NCBI RefSeq assembly: GCF_006345805.1
Contig: NC_043015.1
Span: forward strand, 9,424,001-9,488,000
Origin: Octopus sinensis
Lineage: Eukaryota
Length of the DNA stretch: 64,000 bases
Reading direction: 5' to 3'
Shown: positions 1-12,436 of the stretch, piece after piece
Layout of the letters: the number at the start of each line of letters is the position of its first letter
Position numbering within the stretch: the first letter of the stretch is position 1
Program-made: the position numbers and the translations under genes
Notes under the pieces: generated by a model
The model's input: only the letters and a program-made list of their open reading frames with translations
Databases searched by the model: none
Told to the model about the DNA's origin: nothing

Positions 1-299
1 ATGAATAGAAGGCGGTAAACGTTTTAATGAATGGACGGGTGATTCAAATTGGTTTGAACTTTGAGGTTATACTTAATGGTTATTACTTTCCAAAACATAA
101 CATATAATGACAAGTATGATGATATCATTAAGAGTATAATGTATTGCAAGATATGTCTGACACCGCCTTCGTTCCTAAATGCCTATATTTAAAACCCTCG
201 GCTATGAATCTCAGCAAACATCTTCTGCACTATCGATTATGGGGTAAGAAACATTTACAAATTATGACGGTTGTAACAGCACTTTGAAAACGGTCGACT

Positions 300-950
300 G
301 CCTGTCACAGCTGACTAGACTGCAGAATACTGTAAGGAAGTAATGAAAAATTTGGAAGCTTAATATGCGATAAAATGTTTTGTGTAAAACTGGCAAAAAC
401 ACTGCAAAAACGTTTCAAATGCATCCGACTGCAAATGAAGTTACTTGTAATAGTCGACGATATGTTTATCGCTAGCTCAAGCGTCCAGGAATGGCAAGTT
501 TACTTGGAAGCTCCTGATGGCTAGGATTTCCAACAACAGGGGTATCATATATATCGACGCGGTCTAGAAAGAATACTTTGTGGAAATTTTGATGTAGTTC
601 AGGAACACATTTCGTCAAAAAACGCCTAAGCACCAACACCAGGACAATTCTATTCACTTAACTGACTAATTAAATGACACGAGCGTCAAAACTGTTCCTC
701 TCACGTAATGCAGTCCAGATTTTACTCCTTGTGAATTTTCTTTGTTCCCTGAGCAGATACAGAGGATTAATGAATCTGTTGCCAGAGTGCAGGACGACTT
801 CATTTTCAAGGATTATCGTGCGTCCTTCATGAAGTGACTGGTACTCTACAACATGTATCACAGTAATCTTCTTTCTAGTAGATTTCACTTCAGTGTTTCT
901 TTGAAATTTATAGAAATACTCAACGAAAAATACTTACGGAGTGCCCTGTA
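300..950 (+). mobile_element. Highly decayed Tc1/mariner remnant
   Basis: Plus-strand translation gives SVKTVPLT*CSPDFTPCEFSLFP (~683-750), resembling the mariner PHPPYSPDLAPCDFxLFP motif. There is a YAIKCF-like N-terminus near 365 and GIIYID near 540. Many stops and frameshifts; no clear TIR pair. Confidence 0.6.
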
Positions 951-988
951 GATATACATACACTTTCACACATACATACATGCTTACA

Positions 989-1027
<39 letters not shown>

Positions 1028-1034
1028 TTATATA

Positions 1035-2263
1035 TAGGCTTGGCAACTAGGTTCCCGCAGTGTTTTTAAATGTTGAACTTTATAGCGTTTTTAAATTTTG
1101 GAATCTATTCTTTACAGCATTCTATTTTTGAATCAATTTGTAATCTATTTTGTTATTTTTCTTGTTAATTTTAGTTAATTTTTCTTCAATTTCGGCTCAT
1201 TAAAATGGAATGTCAAGTTAAGAAAAACGAGAATTTTCGGTACTTCCTCCTTTTTGCTTTTAATCAGAGTCCTAAGGTTGCAAAAGCTGCTCGCGACATT
1301 TATGCTGTGTATGGAGAGGGTGCTATAGCTAACAGAACCGCTCGTGGTCGGTATACCAAGTTCAAAAATTGAAATTTTGACCTCAAATACGCACCTCGTT
1401 CTGGCCGTCCAGTTGAGTTCGATGAATAGCGATTAAACTAATTTTGGACGAAAATTCACCTCAAAAGACATGAGAACAGGCAGAGGAAATGAAATGCTCC
1501 CACACTGCTATAGAGAAGCATCTTCACTCGATGGTAAAGGTTCAGACGTATGGAGCGTGGTTTCCTCATGCTTTATGTGGCAACAACAAAAATCAACAAG
1601 ACACAATCTCCACTGGTTTGCTTGCTCGTCACTGCTCAACTCATGGACACAGGCAACGATTTCTTTACCGAATCGATTTTGGCGACGAAAAATGGTGCCC
1701 CTACATCAATATGAAGCTGCATAAGAAATGACTTAGCCCCTGTAAACAAGCGTACCACGCGTGAAAAGAGATCTTCATACGCATAAAACGTATGGTGTGT
1801 TTATGGTGGGACTGGGAAAGGATTATCCATTCCGAATTGCTAGAACGGAGCCAAACGCTCAACGCGGAATTATATGCACAACACATGGAACGACTCAACA
1901 CGGCAATTCAAGTGAAAAGACCGATTTGGCAGAGGGAGTTCTTCTGCTGCACAATGCCCGCTCTCATTTCCCCAATATGACCAAAAAAGCCATTCTAACG
2001 GAAGATTGGGAAGTGCTGCCACACCTGCCGTACTCTTCTTTCGTTCAATAGTGATTCAGAATTGAGAGTCTGGTTGGGAAAATGTTTCGAGCCGAAATCG
2101 GGTGATTTCTACCAATCAGGTATTGAAATTCTCGTTGAACGTTGGTAAGAAATTGTAAACAACAACGGTGAATATATTATTGATTAAGTAGTTGTTATTC
2201 TTTATTAAACCTTTAAAAGAAGTTAATTAAAAAAAAACGGCGGGAAATTAGTTGCCAACCCAA
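1035..2263 (+). mobile_element. Near full-length mariner transposon, copy 1 (defective)
   Basis: Imperfect 26-bp TIRs (TAGGCTTGGCAACTAGGTTCCCGCAG versus reverse complement TTGGGTTGGCAACTAATTTCCCGCCG), TA on both sides, 1229 bp, internal transposase pseudogene. Confidence 0.95.
1205..2187 (+). pseudogene. Mariner transposase pseudogene
   Basis: MECQVKKNENFRYFLLFAFN..APRSGRPVEFDE, WFPHAL (WVPHxL motif), GDEKW (first D), LLLHNARSH, WEVLPHLPYS, then a deletion removing PDLAPSD (third catalytic D), ending NNGEYIID*. In-frame stops and frameshifts present. Confidence 0.92.
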
Positions 2264-2289
2264 TATATATATATATATAAATTTATATA

Positions 2290-3513
2290 TAGGCTTGGCA
2301 ACTAGGTTCCCGCAGTGTTTTTAAATGTTGAACTTTATAGCGTTTTTAAATTTTGGAATCTATTCTTTACAGCATTCTATTTTTGAATCAATTTGTAATC
2401 TATTTTGTTATTTTTCTTGTTAATTTTAGTTAATTTTTCTTCAATTTCGGCTCATTAAAATGGAATGTCAAGTTAAGAAAAACGAGAATTTTCGGTACTT
2501 CCTCCTTTTTGCTTTTAATCAGAGTCCTAAGGTTGCAAAAGCTGCTCGCGACATTATGCTGTGTATGGAGAGGGTGCTATAGCTAACAGAACCGCTCGTG
2601 GTCGGTATACCAAGTTCAAAAATTGAAATTTTGACCTCAAATACGCACCTCGTTCTGGCCGTCCAGTTGAGTTCGATGAATAGCGATTAAACTAATTTTG
2701 GACGAAAATTCACCTCAAAAGACATGAGAACAGGCAGAGGAAATGAAATGCTCCCACACTGCTATAGAGAAGCATCTTCACTCGATGGTAAAGGTTCAGA
2801 CGTATGGAGCGTGGTTTCCTCATGCTTTATGTGGCAACAACAAAAATCAACAAGACACAATCTCCACTGGTTTGCTTGCTCGTCACTGCTCAACTCATGG
2901 ACACAGGCAACGATTTCTTTACCGAATCGATTTTGGCGACGAAAAATGGTGCCCCTACATCAATATGAAGCTGCATAAGAAATGACTTAGCCCCTGTAAA
3001 CAAGCGTACCACGCGTGAAAAGAGATCTTCATACGCATAAAACGTATGGTGTGTTTATGGTGGGACTGGGAAAGGATTATCCATTCCGAATTGCTAGAAC
3101 GGAGCCAAACGCTCAACGCGGAATTATATGCACACACATGGAACGACTCAACACGGCAATTCAAGTGAAAAGACCGATTTGGCAGAGGGAGTTCTTCTGC
3201 TGCACAATGCCCGCTCTCATTTCCCCAATATGACCAAAAAAGCCATTCTAACGGAAGATTGGGAAGTGCTGCCACACCTGCCGTACTCTTCTTTCGTTCA
3301 ATAGTGATTCAGAATTGAGAGTCTGGTTGGGAAAATGTTTCGAGCCGAAATCGGGTGATTTCTACCAATCAGGTATTGAAATTCTCGTTGAACGTTGGTA
3401 AGAAATTGTAAACAACAACGGTGAATATATTATTGATTAAGTAGTTGTTATTCTTTATTAAACCTTTAAAAGAAGTTAATTAAAAAAAAACGGCGGGAAA
3501 TTAGTTGCCAACC

Positions 3514-3516
<3 letters not shown>
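2290..3516 (+). mobile_element. Mariner transposon, copy 2 (tandem duplicate of copy 1)
   Basis: Same TIRs, stops and internal deletion as copy 1. By eye it differs only by two 1-bp deletions (GACATTTATGC to GACATTATGC; GCACAACACATG to GCACACACATG). Confidence 0.95.
2460..3440 (+). pseudogene. Mariner transposase pseudogene, copy 2
   Basis: Same disrupted reading frame as 1205-2187. Confidence 0.9.
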
Positions 3517-3597
<81 letters not shown>

Positions 3598-3599
3598 TA

Positions 3600-4150
3600 T
3601 AATTAAAATATGGGTGAAAAATTGAATATTAATTTGATAACATCAATTTAACCCCAGTAGTCTAGCATATTAAAAAACTGAGGTTCAGTAAATAGTATTA
3701 CATACATATAAGAGGGACCTATCTGGAAACTCTTACGCTAGAATAAGATCCCGCTAAGGTCTTACCACTAAGAATTGTTATCTAGAAAATTTAGTAAACA
3801 CCAGACACGTAAGCGAGCAAGACAAATAAAAACTAACAAAAATATAGATTAATCATAAACAAATGTTTCACTATCAACAAATTACGCAACTTCACCCACG
3901 TGCGCCCACGAAGACTGTCAAGAGCGTTCAAGAACAGATCTACTTATTTCAGTTCGTGAATTATTCACGAATATACTATGAATGACGATTACTTTCGTGT
4001 CATTACGCCAATTGATAGGTCCCCAAAACATCTTATGAAGGCTGGAGGGCATATCAGCCGAGTCGTTGTGCTCAGAACAATAAGATAAGGATAAATGGTT
4101 CAGAACGAAGTGCAGGCTGGTAATAAGAAAAGTAGATGAGAAATCTATAA
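3600..4150 (+). mobile_element. Possible Penelope-like terminal-repeat remnant
   Basis: Follows a (TA)n tract and contains a degenerate hammerhead-like string CTTATGA-A-GGCT..AGCC-GAGT (4032-4063). Family assignment is from recall. Confidence 0.35.
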
Positions 4151-4392
4151 ACGATTATATCATAAACTTCATTAGCTTACTACTATCTCTGCTATGAGTT
4201 ATTCTGTACAAGTAGGTAAGTGATTGAGATGAGGGATTATGTACACTATTTATTTTATTCACATTTAAGGAATGTTTGTCCTCGCATTGTTTGTTGTTTA
4301 CACGACGTTTCGGCTCATATACCTTACATCACTCATCAGGTGTCGTGGGGAAATTTCGAACCTGGTTTCTTATTCCTAAGGTACTTTTCGAT

Positions 4393-4417
4393 GTTGTTGT
4401 TGTTGTTGTTATTATTA

Positions 4418-4481
<64 letters not shown>

Positions 4482-4588
4482 CATTTTTAATATTATTATT
4501 ATTATTATTATTATTATCATCATCATCATCATCATTATTATTATTATTATTATTATTGTTATTATATAATTATTATTATTATTATTAA

Positions 4589-4622
<34 letters not shown>

Positions 4623-4676
4623 ATTATTTTATTATTATTATCATTATTATTATCATTATTATTATTATTATTATCC

Positions 4677-4734
<58 letters not shown>

Positions 4735-4752
4735 CATTATTATTATTATTAT
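4393..4752. repeat. (GTT)n/(ATT)n microsatellite, expanded tail of the adjacent SINE
   Basis: About 360 bp of ATT repeats with ATC interruptions, directly at the 3' end of the minus-strand SINE head at 4753-4813. Confidence 0.95.
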
Positions 4753-4813
4753 TCAGGTCACTGCTTGGAATTGAACTCGGAATCTTGGGGGCTGTAGCAC
4801 CTGCTCTTAACCC
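4753..4813 (-). mobile_element. Short tRNA-derived SINE head with (AAT)n tail
   Basis: Minus strand reads GGGTTAAGAGCAGG..GATTCCGAGTTCAATTCCAAGCAGTGACCTGA, with a B-box-like GTTCAATTCC, followed by (ATA)n. Confidence 0.7.
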
Positions 4814-4963
4814 CTAGATTCCGAGTTCTATTCAAGGCTGTAACGTGAAATGTGTACTTACATATAAAAGAACAAAGTGTACGTACGCCGCTATATACAT
4901 ATATATATATAATATATATATATATACAAATAATCAGAAAATTGAGAAAAACTAAGATATATA

Positions 4964-5008
<45 letters not shown>

Positions 5009-7970
5009 CACACAAATACACGCCCACCTGCATGCGAACACACACTCACATACATGCACACATACGCATGGAGACACAGAAATATACATATATATCTGCA
5101 GTCATAAGCACACCGGTGAGGTATGAAAACATATACAACCATATTTGCGTGTGTCGATGCGTATATGCCAACATTAGTATTTACGAAAATATCTCAAAGT
5201 ATACGACACTGTGGGACCTGAATTAATGAGAAGTTCAAATAAACCTGAATATTTCCTGGCCTTTAAAGCATTCTTTTATTTGAGTTAATTAACTTATTCA
5301 CTTCATAGCACTCGAAGGATTATCCCTCCTTTAGCAAACGGATCTCATTAGAACATCATATAATCTACTCCTGGCTCATTCATATCTACCTAATGATGAG
5401 TGGTATAATTAGAATAGGAAATATCTTGAATTGTAAACCACACTCAACTGAATATATGTGATCCATATTCAGAGTTTAAATCTTGAAATATGTGTACTTA
5501 ATGAATGTATTTTCCCATAATTAGCTCAAGCACATAATTGTTGTAGAATTATCGAGGATTATTTTCCACTATACACAATTATGGCGTATCAATTACAGAA
5601 GGTCAATGATCCGCAGTCAATCATGTACTCTTTGATATATTGTGTGAATAAAGACATCAAGCAATTGTAATCGCTTAATAAATTATTTCCTCTCGTTAAG
5701 TTGTTTTACATTAAACTGATTTCTCCTCAGAAGTTATACTTAGTTTCGCCGAAAAGTCACAATTTTGCTTTTTATATTCATACTGTATTCATGCGTCCTA
5801 TTAAAGGAACAATTTTTTTAAGAATTCGTTTTAAGGAAAATCTGTGATCAATTCACAATGATTGCTAATGGATTGATAATATAATTCTTATCTTTCAAGA
5901 AAAAAAAACCCTATATTTATTGACACATTCAAACCTACCTACGCATAGTTCAGTTGTTTGAGCTAATTTGAAGGAGTTATGTAAGATTCAGTTGAATTAC
6001 TTGCTTAAGTTAAGGCATCAAGTCAGTGCGGTCTTTTACGTACAGCTTGCAGTAACTTGAATGAAAGGCAAATAAGTAACAAGAATATCTATATATTAGT
6101 GCATCACGGCCGTTTCAGGTGGTTCCTTTTACTCCAACAATGCAAGCAGTGCATGAATTTGAAATGCATTTTATAATTATATTATATTCTTTATAAACGC
6201 TCACATACACACACACACACACATACACATGCATACGTATATACGCCGTATTTTTATAGCTTCTCATAACGTGGTACCCTTTAACATTTTTCATAATATA
6301 GGAATTTTTATATAATTATATTTGTTAAATAATTTACCTGTTACAGAAACAATTATCACGTCTTTTTGTCTTTAATCCCTGAATTTCAATGAATAGAAAA
6401 TGTATCCGACTTTGTCCGATGAATTTTGAATATAATTTGGGTTCATTGTTTGAATGGTTTTAGCATGACAACTTTAATGTTTGCTAGGGTTAAGAATTAT
6501 GAAGGTTCTATTTCATATAACATAATCTACTTCATTAGCGCGTAAATTGTTTTACTTATACTTCTTATCTTACCTGGTTTTTATATCCTATTCCCGATTT
6601 TTAAAATTTTCATTTTCATTTTACAAAATAAAATATTATCTAGAGTTTATTATATTTTGATTATATATCTTCCTCCCTGTATCATTAATGCCCATTAATT
6701 CTCATTGCAATATCCTTTGTTTTCTATTGTAGGCGCCTTTAAACGACAACAATAAAATAGTTTGTCACCGCTACCTTCTCTCTTTCTAGGCATTTACCAC
6801 TATCTTACTCACTTCTTCTGAGATGTGTTTCTTTATGGGGTCATAGTGAGTTTCTAGCCACATAGAATTAAGGTTTCACAGAGTATCTGACAATAATCAA
6901 TTAGATATCAGTAGCTAGATCATCACTCTTATACTCCCAGTGGTTTTAATTCTTATGCTGTATTAAATCACTTGATAGTGATAAGGTGATATATAAAAAT
7001 TGCACCCAGATTATCATCTCATGACCCCCACTTTTATTCGCTTCTGCTACTTAAAATTATAGTTGGGGTATTTTTCTTTCTCCGTTCACTCTGCTACAAT
7101 AATAGCAGTATGCAATTCTTTCAGTCATGAACCCAAATTATATTCATCCGAGAAAGATGTATACATATTCTATTTATTGGAAGACAGGGATTTAAGGCAA
7201 AAAGAAGAGATAATTGGTTCTATAACAGATAAACTTATTTAACAAATATAAAGACATAACAATTCCAATATTATCAAAATTCTTAAAGGATATCAGGATA
7301 TAAGAAGGTACAAAAATACGGCGTATATATGCATATGTATGTGTGCGTCTGTGTGTTTGAGTGTATGCGTATATAAAGAATATAATAATCTCTGATGAAA
7401 TATTTGCTAAAAATGATAATGGAGTATCGCGTATTTTGAAAACATATATTATCCATCCGATGATGGCAGTACTTCAAATTGAAGTAATGTTTGCATTGTT
7501 CCATTAGATGGTGCCCCCTAAAACGGCTGTGATGCACTGAGACCTTGACTTCCTTGTCAATTATTTTCTTTATATATACATACACACACGAAAATTTATA
7601 CATTTATGTAAGTAATGACACATTTCATAACACATTAGTGCATCGGAATTGCAATAGAGTTATGTGTGATATCAAATGATATAACGAATTTGTCTGATGC
7701 GTGAAAAGTGGAGATTCGGAGAGCATAAAATCTTCTGCATCACGTAAGGAATATGAACATAGTTTACCCCTATATGTATGTTGCTGAGACTGACATTATA
7801 TGTGAGGAATCTAACTGCATGTGCACCTGTTATAAGGTCATGTATATCGCCTGAAATTCTTTTAGTTTGCGAATACGTAATGAAGCCATATTTATAACAT
7901 CGTTCGAAAAGTCTTAAGAAAATGGACTCGGATTTTGGTATTTTAATATTCGCGTTTTGATCAAAATATA

Positions 7971-8054
7971 GTGAATGACTTGACTGCTAATTTCAAATTT
8001 ATTTGATGATAAATTCTATAAAGTTACGTATAGGTTAAATTAATTAAAAGAGAA

Positions 8055-8097
<43 letters not shown>

Positions 8098-8200
8098 GAG
8101 AGAAAACCACTATTATATATATTATATATTATATCGTGGAATTTGATATACTAGTAAATTCAATTTTTTCCCGTAAGTTTGGAGTTATACTCCCTAATAT
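7971..8200 (+). repeat. Copy A of a ~220-bp direct repeat (partner at 10576-10790)
   Basis: GTGAATGACTTGACTGCTAATTTCAAATTTATTT..(TA)n..GTAAGTTTGGA aligns by eye with 10576-10790, roughly 80% identical. Confidence 0.8.
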
Positions 8201-9480
8201 AATAATAATAATGTTGTATGGTGTAGTGTGGTGTGGTGTGATGTGGTGGGGAGGTGTGGGAGGTGGAGTGTGAGAGTGGGAAATGCACGGGTGGGGTTTG
8301 GGTTCGGCTGGGGGTAGGGTTGAATGGGGGTTGTGTGTAGGCAGAGGCTGGGGTTAGAGGTGGGGTATATGGGGGAAGGGGATGTGGGGTGGGGAGATGG
8401 GAAGGAGAGGGAGGGAAGATGGAAGAGGGAAGGGAAGGGAGAGAAAGAGAGAAAGAGAGTAGGAAAGAAGAGAGAAAGAGAGTAAGAGAGAAGAGTGATA
8501 GAGAGTAGGAGTGAAAAGAAGTAGCAGTGAAGAGAATTAGGAGTGAAGAGAAGTAGGAGTTGGGGCAAGAGAGGAAAGTTGGGGAGGAAGAGGGAGGAGG
8601 GTGGGGGAGAGAGGAGAGAATTAGAGTGAGGGAGCAGAGAGAAAGAGAGAAGAGAGAAAGAGAGTAAGGGAGAAGAGGGAAAGAGAGTAGGAACAAATAT
8701 TAAGACAACGAATCTCAAGTCGGACGCAACATTATAATTGAATATGATTCGAATCCCTACGGCTGTTTCTGGGCTATCACCGTCGTGTAGGCACGATTTC
8801 CCCTGCACTTTGAAATCCTTCCATAAATCTAAATATAATCTCGGCCCAACGACTATCACCCACATACAAACCCCTATGATCATTAGCACATACCCCGCTA
8901 TATATTTTCTCTATCTCCTATATCTCTATATCACTTATTTCTACCTAATATCTTTCATCTCTTGTATCTAACTTAGCTCATCACTTTTTGAGATAAATAT
9001 TGATTCTATAAATTATCCTTGATTTCTTTTTAAACCCCAACCCAATAAATCCCTTAATATAAATCCGCAAATAACCAAACTCTCAATTCTACTCATAAAT
9101 ATTTTAACATTCAACTAGCTCTTCCATTTTCAACTACCTACACACCCAAACTCCATTGCTAAACTTAACTTTACAGCCACTAAACTACTGAATTTTCTCC
9201 GCAATCCCTATAGAATTTAAGACTTCCACATATACATACTATTCTCAATAAATTCCTTTCATTTTGCTCTATTTTTTTTTTACCTTATCTTCCTCCCCCA
9301 CTCATCCTCTCACTTATCTTCTCCGCTACCCCGCACACATTTCTCAGACCCCATACACATATGCACCTTAATTTATCCTATAGCCAATCCTTATATTCTC
9401 CCCTCACTCAATCTCTCTTTCTACTTATTTTATTTTAGTTCTTTTACCGCTTAATACCCACCTCTGCTACCGTTCTGTTA
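8200..9480. other. Low-complexity block with an abrupt G/C strand-skew switch
   Basis: 8200-8700 is G/A-rich with very few C. From about 8800 to 9480 the sequence is C/T/A-rich with very few G. Confidence 0.85.
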
Positions 9481-10575
9481 TTGAACGTTGTAATTTTCAC
9501 GCCTATTTTCTATTTGGATGTCTACTATATCAGGATTTTATCCCACATGTATCTACGCAGCATTGCACCTAAGGACTTACGCTCATGCATCTACGCATGG
9601 GTGCACTTAAGGAAGTTATTCTCTTGTTTCTATAACGTCGGAAATTCGAACTAAGTTTTATGCTTCCTTTTCCTTCATCTATGTCGTCATCTCAATAATA
9701 CATATATCATTTTCCCTATTTTTCCCCATTTGTCTCAGATGATGAAATATCCCATACTTGGGGAGATCCCAGAAACAGCTGTAAGATTTGAATTTTATCC
9801 AATAATAATAGTGTATGCTACTTGAGATGTTTGCTTGCACTTAACATTTGTAGCCCTCTTTAACAATAATATATATGGTGCATCGGAAATCTGCAATGGC
9901 TCCATAACTATGTATGTTTGTGTGTATATAAACACACACACACACACACACATATACATATATATATATATACGCATATACATATACATCTTTATTCATA
10001 CGTATGAGTGTAAGTGTATGTGTAAGTGTAAGCGCATTTGCTATTATTACGAACTATAGGTATGATAGTGGTATTAAAATACCATGTAAAGAGCAGGAAA
10101 GGATTTGTTAGATTTAAGCGTATATTACTATTATTCATAAATCTGTCCTTAATTATGCTAGGCTGAAATATGAGCCGGAGGTGTAGGGAGTCGTGGTTTT
10201 CAGTAAAATCTGTTATAACTCTATAACTAGCAAAACGCAATGCAATTTTTTAAGGGAGTTAGTATTTTTAGATACGACTTATTCCAACATAAACTTCAGA
10301 CAAACTCGTTCTAATAGGGCATCCACTTTTGGGCTGGTGTAAATATCACCACTCGATATTAATGCTGCCTCTGTCGCTAATATATATGTTTTAAACATTA
10401 TTTTATGGATATTCGATTTACTTAAAAAACTAATGCTTATGCAAAACGTGCACTTGTTACACATGATTGCCTATTGCATTACGTCAATCGTAATTCACAT
10501 TAAAAAAGTGTTATGAAATATATTGTGAATATATTACTTCTTTGGTGTTTCTGATTTTACAGAAATAAAAACCAG

Positions 10576-10656
10576 TGAATGCCTTGACTGCTAATTTCAA
10601 ATTTATTTCACGATAAATTCTCTAAAAGTTACGCATAGGTTCAATTAATGAAAAGA

Positions 10657-10695
<39 letters not shown>

Positions 10696-10790
10696 TTAGA
10701 GAAAAAACGCTATTATATACGTTATGTATTTATATTGTGAAATTTGATTTATTAGTAAATTGAATTTTTCCCTGTAAGTTTGGAATCATA
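10576..10790 (+). repeat. Copy B of the ~220-bp direct repeat
   Basis: Matches 7971-8200. The part downstream of the TA tract also occurs inverted at ~20330-20440. Confidence 0.8.
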
Positions 10791-11097
10791 AATGAAACAG
10801 CCACTAACATGTGAGAGAAAATAAACTAGTTGTACCAGTGTAAAAGTAAGTTGTGAAGATATTATAACTAAGATATTCATTGGAGCACCAGGCGGAAATA
10901 CTTGCAATATATAGTTACTATTATTTATCTTGTTAGTTTGACGTTCGTAACCTGCATATCATGAACCGAAATATGTTTAGAGATTAACACTTGACTGATA
11001 ATATACGCCACTGAATGCCTAAATTTCCTACTTCCAAACATGCAACTGAGTCTCATTTAATAAAATAATTATGCTTAACTAAATATCAAATATTCAA

Positions 11098-11240
11098 TTC
11101 TGAGTTCAAATTCTGCCGAAGTCGATTTTCGTTTGCATCCTTTGAAGTTTGAGAAAATGAGGCATCAATCAAGTAATGGGGCGTTGCTATCGATTACCAC
11201 TTTCCTCTAAAATTTATATCCTTCAGCTAAAATTTGAACA
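11098..11240 (+). mobile_element. Degenerate tRNA-derived SINE fragment
   Basis: TTCTGAGTTCAAATTCTGCCGAAGTCGATTTTCGTTTGCATCCTTT matches the family seen at 25372, 45580 and 58228. Confidence 0.7.
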
Positions 11241-12361
11241 AATTCTAATTCCTACTATTTTTGCCATTATTATTTTACCAGCAACAACAGCATCACCATC
11301 AACGTCCTCGTCAACGTTGTCCTTACCATCATAACCATCATAATCCTCATCCCCCACGGTAGGTCGCATATCAAGATTGCCTCCAGTATTAATTCTGCTT
11401 AATTCTTAAATATCTTTAATTCTCCACAGGCTATTTGCATCACCAGTGTCTGAATAGACACTGATACACTATCTATTATTGACGGAAGACCCAGCTGTTA
11501 AGTCGCTGTTGGATGTCTGTCACCGATGATACCATAGCAGGGCAAAATTATCTGTTCACAATAGAGTGTGTAAAATAAATAAAATTCCATATTATATCTA
11601 TATTATATGGTCTGTAGAAAACTACCAAACTTCATCAATAATAACTTATATTTCATTGTGAATTATATTTTAGTAAATCTCAATATCACTGCATGGCACC
11701 CATCTAAAAATTGAATAAGACAGCGACGATATACATCTAAATATCACCTGACACAGACCGACATGCGTGCTTCTGTTATTTTATCATAAGAAAATGAAAT
11801 ACATGAAGATGTAAACTAGGGTACAACCCTTTAATGTGATATCATTTGCGATTATATATTTTCTCAATCAGTGTTAGTCTCTTTAAACATGACATTTCGA
11901 ATACCATGTATGTGAGTTAGATACATTACGTAAAACGATATGGTTTTATGTAAAATTACAGTATACATCATGGACCAAAATAATACAAAATGCAGCCGCT
12001 CGTTTTCTAATACAACGATATTTTAAATACATTGCATTTCGCTAAATGCAGTCAGTGAAAAAGTTTTTGCTGAGGAAGTGGGCCATAGAATACGTCTAGT
12101 AGTTGCGTAAAGAAGACGAGATGTCAACAATTTTAAAGCCATTTATCGTAAGTGTTCTAAGGCATTGTTTCCTATATGCGTAGTTTGTATGCTTCGGAAG
12201 CTCACTTTCTTCCCAAGGAGTGTTAGGATTATTTGCACATGCCTTGTGAGTGAAATTGATGCAAGGAAAATGTGTAGAAGCCTGTCATATGCCAATACAT
12301 ACACACATATGTATGTATGTATGTAAATATATATGTAGGTATGTATGTATGTATGTATGTA

Positions 12362-12436
<75 letters not shown>

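Noticed and set aside
8160-8971. 178- and 231-aa ORFs; possible mitochondrial insertion
   Set aside because: The ORFs arise from purine/pyrimidine low complexity, and I recognised no mitochondrial gene motifs.
9545-9615. Two degenerate ~30-bp direct repeats (CATGTATCTACGCA..TGCACCTAAGGA)
   Set aside because: Two short diverged copies only; an ordinary local slippage duplication.
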